Shown here: piece after piece, positions 59,129 to 64,000 of the stretch
How the letters are laid out: each line of letters begins with the position of its first letter
Position numbering within the stretch: the stretch's first letter is position 1
DNA from: a bacterium
GTDB lineage: Bacteria; Hinthialibacterota; Hinthialibacteria; Hinthialibacterales; Hinthialibacteraceae
Length of the DNA stretch: 64,000 nt
Assembly (NCBI GenBank): GCA_963662285.2
Contig: CAXXMV010000001.1
Span: forward strand, 1,120,001-1,184,000
Direction of reading: 5' to 3'
Program-made: the position numbers and the translations under genes
The notes under the pieces: generated by a model
Told to the model about the DNA's origin: nothing
Databases searched by the model: none
What the model saw: only the letters and a program-made list of their open reading frames with translations

Positions 59129-59884
59129 ATGCGTTTTGAAGATAAAAAAATTCTATTAACCGGCGCCAGCAGCGGGATCGGATATGCTTCTGCGTTATTG
59201 CTGGCCGAAGAAGGCGCGGATGTCGCGTTCACTTACAACCATAACCAAAAAGGCGCTCTACAACTGGAAGAAGAGTTAAAAAAGAAAGGCCGTGAGGTTC
59301 ATTGTTTTCAAGTAGATATGACCCAAGACGATGAGGTTGTATCTCTTGCGGAAAAAACCATAGAGAAATTCGGCAAAGTCGACATCTTAATCAACAACGC
59401 CGGAGGATTGATTGAGCGCATGCCGTTTTTTGAGATTTACCGCAAAAGATGGGATGAGGTCATGGAACTCAATCTGTGGAGCGTGGTGCTTCTTTCACAA
59501 AAAATCGGCGCCGACATGAAACAGAAGGGCGGCGGCGTTATTGTACACAACGCATCAGTGGCGGGGCGCTTCGGCGGTGGAGTGGGGGCCTGCGCCTACA
59601 GCGTCTCCAAAGGCGCGTTGATTACATTGACCAAATCTATGGGACGCGAACTGATCACCGATGGAATCAGAGTAAACGCCCTGGCGCCGGGCGTTATTGA
59701 TACGCCCTTTCATGAACAATTCACGCCGCCTGACGTTATGAAAAGTTTGATGGAAAAGGTACCTATCGGACGTGCTGGCGCATCTGATGAGATGGCCAAA
59801 ATAGTCGCCTTCCTGGCTTCCGAAGACAGCAGTTACCTGATCGGCGCCACCATAGACGCCAACGGCGGTATGTGGGTAATCTGA
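59129..59884 (+). CDS. SDR family oxidoreductase
   Basis: TGASSGIG, NNAG, YSVSK. Confidence 0.93.
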   Translation: MRFEDKKILLTGASSGIGYASALLLAEEGADVAFTYNHNQKGALQLEEELKKKGREVHCFQVDMTQDDEVVSLAEKTIEKFGKVDILINNAGGLIERMPFFEIYRKRWDEVMELNLWSVVLLSQKIGADMKQKGGGVIVHNASVAGRFGGGVGACAYSVSKGALITLTKSMGRELITDGIRVNALAPGVIDTPFHEQFTPPDVMKSLMEKVPIGRAGASDEMAKIVAFLASEDSSYLIGATIDANGGMWVI

Positions 59885-59913
59885 TTCTGATTGTATTAAT
59901 CAATTAAAAAACC

Positions 59914-59940
59914 AAAGCCCCGGCGAATCGCCGGGGCTTT
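59914..59940. terminator. Bidirectional intrinsic terminator
   Basis: AAAGCCCCGGCG-AAT-CGCCGGGGCTTT between convergent genes. Confidence 0.85.
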
Positions 59941-59970
59941 ATTATAAACCAGTATTAATTGGGGAATATC

Positions 59971-60579
59971 TTATTCGATCCTGCTTCCCGGACCAAATAT
60001 GGCTATATCGCCTATACTATTGAGGCCATTGGTAGAATCATAGCGCATAGTACAATCATCACCATTGGTTCCACATAGTCCTGTCATTCCGGCATTAGGT
60101 CCAAATGATTTGACATACCAACGGGATGAACAGCCTTGGGTATTCGAACGGTTAACCGCCTCACTTCTTGCGAGAAATGGAGAAAAATACGCCCAATAAT
60201 CATGACATACAGTAGTTCCATTGGAACCCATTCCCTCAGGCGTAGAAAAATAACGATACCAAGTCCATGCTACTATTGCTTCTGGTTGCCCGCTATTATT
60301 TTCAAAGGGTGGAGGAAACACGTCCTTTGGCACCGCACTAATATAAGAAACCGGAGTAGTCAACATTGGCAAGTAATGGCTGGGAGGATAGGCATTTCTA
60401 TCTAAATGGTATTGTTCTTGAGCCATTCCAATAGCTTTAAGGTCTGATTTACACCGTGCGATTTTCGCCCTCACTTGCGCATTCAAAAAGTTAGGAACAG
60501 CTATAGCCGCCAATATCCCGATAATGGCGACTACAATCAACAACTCAATCAAGGTAAAAGCTTTTTTCTTCCTTTTCAT
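59971..60579 (-). CDS. Prepilin-type N-terminal cleavage/methylation protein (GspG-like pseudopilin)
   Basis: A|FTLIELLIVVAIIGILAAIAVPNFLNAQ. Confidence 0.9.
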   Translation of the reverse strand: MKRKKKAFTLIELLIVVAIIGILAAIAVPNFLNAQVRAKIARCKSDLKAIGMAQEQYHLDRNAYPPSHYLPMLTTPVSYISAVPKDVFPPPFENNSGQPEAIVAWTWYRYFSTPEGMGSNGTTVCHDYWAYFSPFLARSEAVNRSNTQGCSSRWYVKSFGPNAGMTGLCGTNGDDCTMRYDSTNGLNSIGDIAIFGPGSRIE

Positions 60580-60745
60580 ATATGACCTCCCATTAAATTT
60601 CTACTCTGCCAGGATCATAAGCACACTATAACTATTAAATGAATTACTAATTGTCAAGCAAGGGTGATTGATCAACCCTCACCTAACCGACCCACCAAAT
60701 AACAACCTTGTTATCTCACAAAACACCTCTCCCAACTATATTGTA

Positions 60746-61783
60746 TTACGCATGTGCGCAGGGACAATACTTAAAATAATCATCCGCCGCGCATGAAGGC
60801 AACGGCCCGGCATGAGCGATCTGCTGCTGCTTAAATACCGATAGCCGGTTGCTTGCTATGGTAGTTAGTTTTTTACTTTCTTCTTCAGTAATTGGTTTAT
60901 ATGCGCGTCCTGCAATAACCGCTTTTTCAAAGAGATCGAGAAAGCCTGGTGGAATGGCCACAGCGACATTGGGCTGTGAAAGCGAATAACGAACCGCCAT
61001 GTTTATAGTCTCCTGATCTTCGAGAGGACGATACCACCACTGACGGGTTTTTTCGACGCCTTCGCCCCAGAGTCCACCGCACATGGTTTTCATGGCCAGT
61101 ACGGCGGTTCCTTTTTCTTTGGCCAGTTGAGTCACCTCGCTGCCAAATCCGAAAACGTGATTCTCAATAAAGTTGATGGGAAACATAACCGTGTCGAAAT
61201 TAAATTGGTTCAAAGCCATAAGTGCGCTTTTAGTGGTATGCGAAGAGAAGCCGATGAATCTGATTTTGCCTTCTTTTTGAGCCTTAAACATAGTTTCCAT
61301 AACACCATTGGGGCCGAAAGCCTGTTCAACTTCTTCCTCTTTGCGCAGGTAGTGCATCTGATACAGATCAAAATGATCGGTATTCAGGCGCTTGAGCGAA
61401 CGCTCCAGTTCCATCCGGGCGCCTTCTTTATCGCGCATCTTGGTTTTGCATGCCAGAAAGACCTTATCGCGGTCAATTCCTTTCATGCCGACGCCCATTT
61501 TTTTCTCACAATCGCCGTCTTTTCCATAAGCCGGAGCGTTATCGAAAAAATTGATGCCTTGCTCCTGCGCGAATTTCATGGCGTGGTTGCATTTCTCTTG
61601 TTCGTCGTGCATGAGCGACAGACCGGCAAGCCCGACGATGGATACTTTTTCGCCGGTTCTTCCCAGAATCCTGGTTGGATATGCTTCGTTTATTGAACTT
61701 TCAGAACCGAATGATGTCTTAAGCCCGACGGCGGCTTGCCCAGCCGTCAAGCCAGCGATTTTCAGAAAAGGTCGTCTCTTCAT
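60746..61783 (-). CDS. Aldo/keto reductase with a Tat-like leader
   Basis: KRRPFLK leader, INFFDNAPAYG, SLKRLNTDHFDLYQMH. Confidence 0.9.
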   Translation of the reverse strand: MKRRPFLKIAGLTAGQAAVGLKTSFGSESSINEAYPTRILGRTGEKVSIVGLAGLSLMHDEQEKCNHAMKFAQEQGINFFDNAPAYGKDGDCEKKMGVGMKGIDRDKVFLACKTKMRDKEGARMELERSLKRLNTDHFDLYQMHYLRKEEEVEQAFGPNGVMETMFKAQKEGKIRFIGFSSHTTKSALMALNQFNFDTVMFPINFIENHVFGFGSEVTQLAKEKGTAVLAMKTMCGGLWGEGVEKTRQWWYRPLEDQETINMAVRYSLSQPNVAVAIPPGFLDLFEKAVIAGRAYKPITEEESKKLTTIASNRLSVFKQQQIAHAGPLPSCAADDYFKYCPCAHA

Positions 61784-61892
61784 GGTTACCTCTATATAAA
61801 CCGATATTTTATTCTTAGGTTGATTGAAATTTCACATGGCGCTTTTGTGATTTTATCATCTAAACAGAAATTCACCTATAATTCTCTATAAA

Positions 61893-61929
61893 ATTGAATG
61901 CATATCTTTAAATAAGATATGCATTCAAT
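61893..61929. terminator. 16-bp stem hairpin downstream of the CBM9-like gene
   Basis: ATTGAATGCATATCTT-TAAAT-AAGATATGCATTCAAT. Confidence 0.6.
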
Positions 61930-61958
61930 GGTTTGGTAATTGCATAAATCTGGACGAC

Positions 61959-62879
61959 TTAATAAAGAGTCCAATCAGCAACTGGAGTTTGCGACGCTTC
62001 GAGAATCATGCCCACCAGCTCCGCACTGCTGTTCCAACCGGCGCCAGTGCCGCTTAAATTAACGCGCCATTCACGCGCTCCGCCAAATGAGTCTGAATCA
62101 TTCATGCAAGGATCAATGCCGATTACATCCAACGCTTCCAGGTCTTTGAGTACATTTTCAGGAGCGTCCAAAGAACCTTTCAGTATTGAAAAAGGTACAA
62201 TCTTGAATTCAATATAAAATTCAACTGGAGAGCCTTCCCACGCTGGTTCTCCAGCTCTGGTTGCGCGAATCATGCCAGCTGATTCAACGTAATCATTATC
62301 GATATCGAAGGTTGGCGATTCACCGGCGAAATGCCCGTCGATGCCTTCGAATATCGGCAAGCTGATTAAATCAGTACTGACATCCAGGTCTCCCATACCT
62401 ATTGGTTGATCATCAATGGTATTAGGAAACTGGAAGGTATATTGCGCGTGATGATCGGAACCCTCGCCATCTGCGCTGCTTCCGGTATTTTCAGCATTAA
62501 TGACCAGTTCCAGGCTTTCATGCTGCCATCCACCAGTACCTGCGGATGATCCACGCCCATATTCATTGATGAAAACATCATCAACAACATGAAAAGCAAA
62601 ATAGAGGGCATTGGTTTCATCATCCCATGCCGCTTTCATTTGAACGTCCAGGTTGCCCGCTTCCGGCGGCGCTGGATTGCCGGGAGGGTCTCCATCTTTG
62701 TCAACATCCATCCAGGGGATATTCGCCCAGGCGCCATCACTTATATCGCCATCAATGACTGGAATATCACCCAACTCAGGAACGCTAAACGAACTGACGT
62801 TGACGCTTGTATCTTGCGCCAAAACCAATGATGCTGTAGCACAAACACATATTACGCATAAAAATAATTTTTTACTCAC
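61959..62879 (-). CDS. Secreted CBM9/DOMON-like protein with a C-terminal QTPVADWTLY motif
   Basis: Signal peptide, PVIDGDISD..W, AAWDD..ALYFAFHVVDD, ESLEL, NDSD; RBS GGAGG. Confidence 0.75.
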   Translation of the reverse strand: MSKKLFLCVICVCATASLVLAQDTSVNVSSFSVPELGDIPVIDGDISDGAWANIPWMDVDKDGDPPGNPAPPEAGNLDVQMKAAWDDETNALYFAFHVVDDVFINEYGRGSSAGTGGWQHESLELVINAENTGSSADGEGSDHHAQYTFQFPNTIDDQPIGMGDLDVSTDLISLPIFEGIDGHFAGESPTFDIDNDYVESAGMIRATRAGEPAWEGSPVEFYIEFKIVPFSILKGSLDAPENVLKDLEALDVIGIDPCMNDSDSFGGAREWRVNLSGTGAGWNSSAELVGMILEASQTPVADWTLY

Positions 62880-62992
62880 TTCTAATACCTCCTAAATAAT
62901 TTTTTCTTTCTACTCATACGCCTGCTAAGATTAACATACTAGTATTTTACTAGTCAAGACAATCCTAATATATATTCAGAAAGGAATAAATT

Positions 62993-63982
62993 ATGCCTCG
63001 TAATTTGATTATCTTATCTCTTTTAATAGTAATTTTGCAATCAATCCCATTCATAGCTCTGGCTGATGAATCAGATCCGCGCGGCATCGCTGGAGAAAAT
63101 GACGTCGCAACACTTCGCACGTCTCGCCTTGAATGCACGATTGGCAATAATAAATCTTATCCGGGCGAATTTGGCGATCACAATCCCGGCTATAACGGCG
63201 TCTTTTCCATTAAGTCGCCCGATCTTGATGAGACTCCATTTGTCCCTGCCTATGCAGGACTCAATCTGGAACATTATTTCGATGCGCGGGCCAAGTATGA
63301 GGAGAATAGTTTTTTTGAGCCAAGACACAGCCCAATGTCACTCAAGCGCATAAATGAGAATACTGTGGAACTACACCAGCCGCCCACTCCGAACTTCGCC
63401 GTCGAGAGTTGGACGAGGTTCGAAGTTTCCGAGCCATATTATCTTGATTTCTCGTTTCGTTTCATTCTGCATAAAGACGTGTTTGAAGGAGATTTCATGG
63501 GCGTGTTCTGGGCGTCCTATATTAACGGTCCGCTGAATAAGAGTACTTATTTTCTGAATGCCGGTTCGACGCTGGATAAACCTTTGTGGCGTCAACTATG
63601 CACCCAGCAGCATAACCGGGACAGTACCGTGCGCCATGAATCTGATAGCGCTGAACTCAAATTCCAGAAGAGCAACAGCACCTTATTCGGCAGTCTATCA
63701 CCGTTACGATACGCTGAACCTTTCTTCTATGGCAGATTCCTCAATATGGCGCTGATCTATGTTTTCGAGCCTAATCCACATTTACGATTCGCCCATTCTC
63801 CCTCCGGCGGCGGTTCGAGTAAGACCGGCGATGACACCAATCCCGCATGGGATTATCAACTGGTGGTTCCAAATTATCAGATTAGTAAAGAATACAGTTT
63901 GAATGGGCGGCTCATATATAAACCATGGAAAGACCGCGCCGATATAATCGCCGAGGTGCGAAAATATCAGTCGAGGCGGTAA
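62993..63982 (+). CDS. Secreted hypothetical protein
   Basis: Signal peptide, 329 aa ORF, RBS AAGGA. Confidence 0.7.
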   Translation: MPRNLIILSLLIVILQSIPFIALADESDPRGIAGENDVATLRTSRLECTIGNNKSYPGEFGDHNPGYNGVFSIKSPDLDETPFVPAYAGLNLEHYFDARAKYEENSFFEPRHSPMSLKRINENTVELHQPPTPNFAVESWTRFEVSEPYYLDFSFRFILHKDVFEGDFMGVFWASYINGPLNKSTYFLNAGSTLDKPLWRQLCTQQHNRDSTVRHESDSAELKFQKSNSTLFGSLSPLRYAEPFFYGRFLNMALIYVFEPNPHLRFAHSPSGGGSSKTGDDTNPAWDYQLVVPNYQISKEYSLNGRLIYKPWKDRADIIAEVRKYQSRR

Positions 63983-64000
63983 TTATTTATAATCCTAAAA

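Noticed and set aside
20589-60579. Pilin variability caused by a diversity-generating retroelement or recombination cassettes
   Set aside because: No reverse transcriptase, template repeat or silent cassette in the window; the two pilins differ at many synonymous sites

Overview
A 64 kb stretch of bacterial chromosome with ~50 CDSs and no rRNA, tRNA or CRISPR array that I can see. Core genes are lexA, miaB, rplM-rpsI, trpC, trpD, ilvA and tatA. They are mixed with many secreted and cell-envelope genes: two paralogous metzincin proteases, three pseudopilin-like proteins, GT-C-like membrane proteins, a TagA/WecB-WcaJ fusion, a PQQ-propeller giant protein, a sulfatase and an M23 peptidase. The gene style suggests a poorly characterised lineage such as Hinthialibacterota/OLB16 or Sumerlaeota (inference only). 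Most notable: (1) two unrelated secreted proteins end in the same decapeptide QTxVxDWxLY-COOH, a candidate protein-sorting or anchoring signal; (2) an IS481-family element (34599-36416, 4-bp TSD) is inserted in a REP-like palindrome, has an in-frame amber stop and carries a ~210-nt highly structured non-coding region; (3) a 185-bp MITE with 15-bp TIRs and an 8-bp TSD carries the same REP-like hairpins; (4) tandem LexA boxes overlap the lexA promoter; (5) a 57-aa membrane protein missed by the ORF track follows an NSS transporter. All calls come from reading the sequence; no database searches were run.
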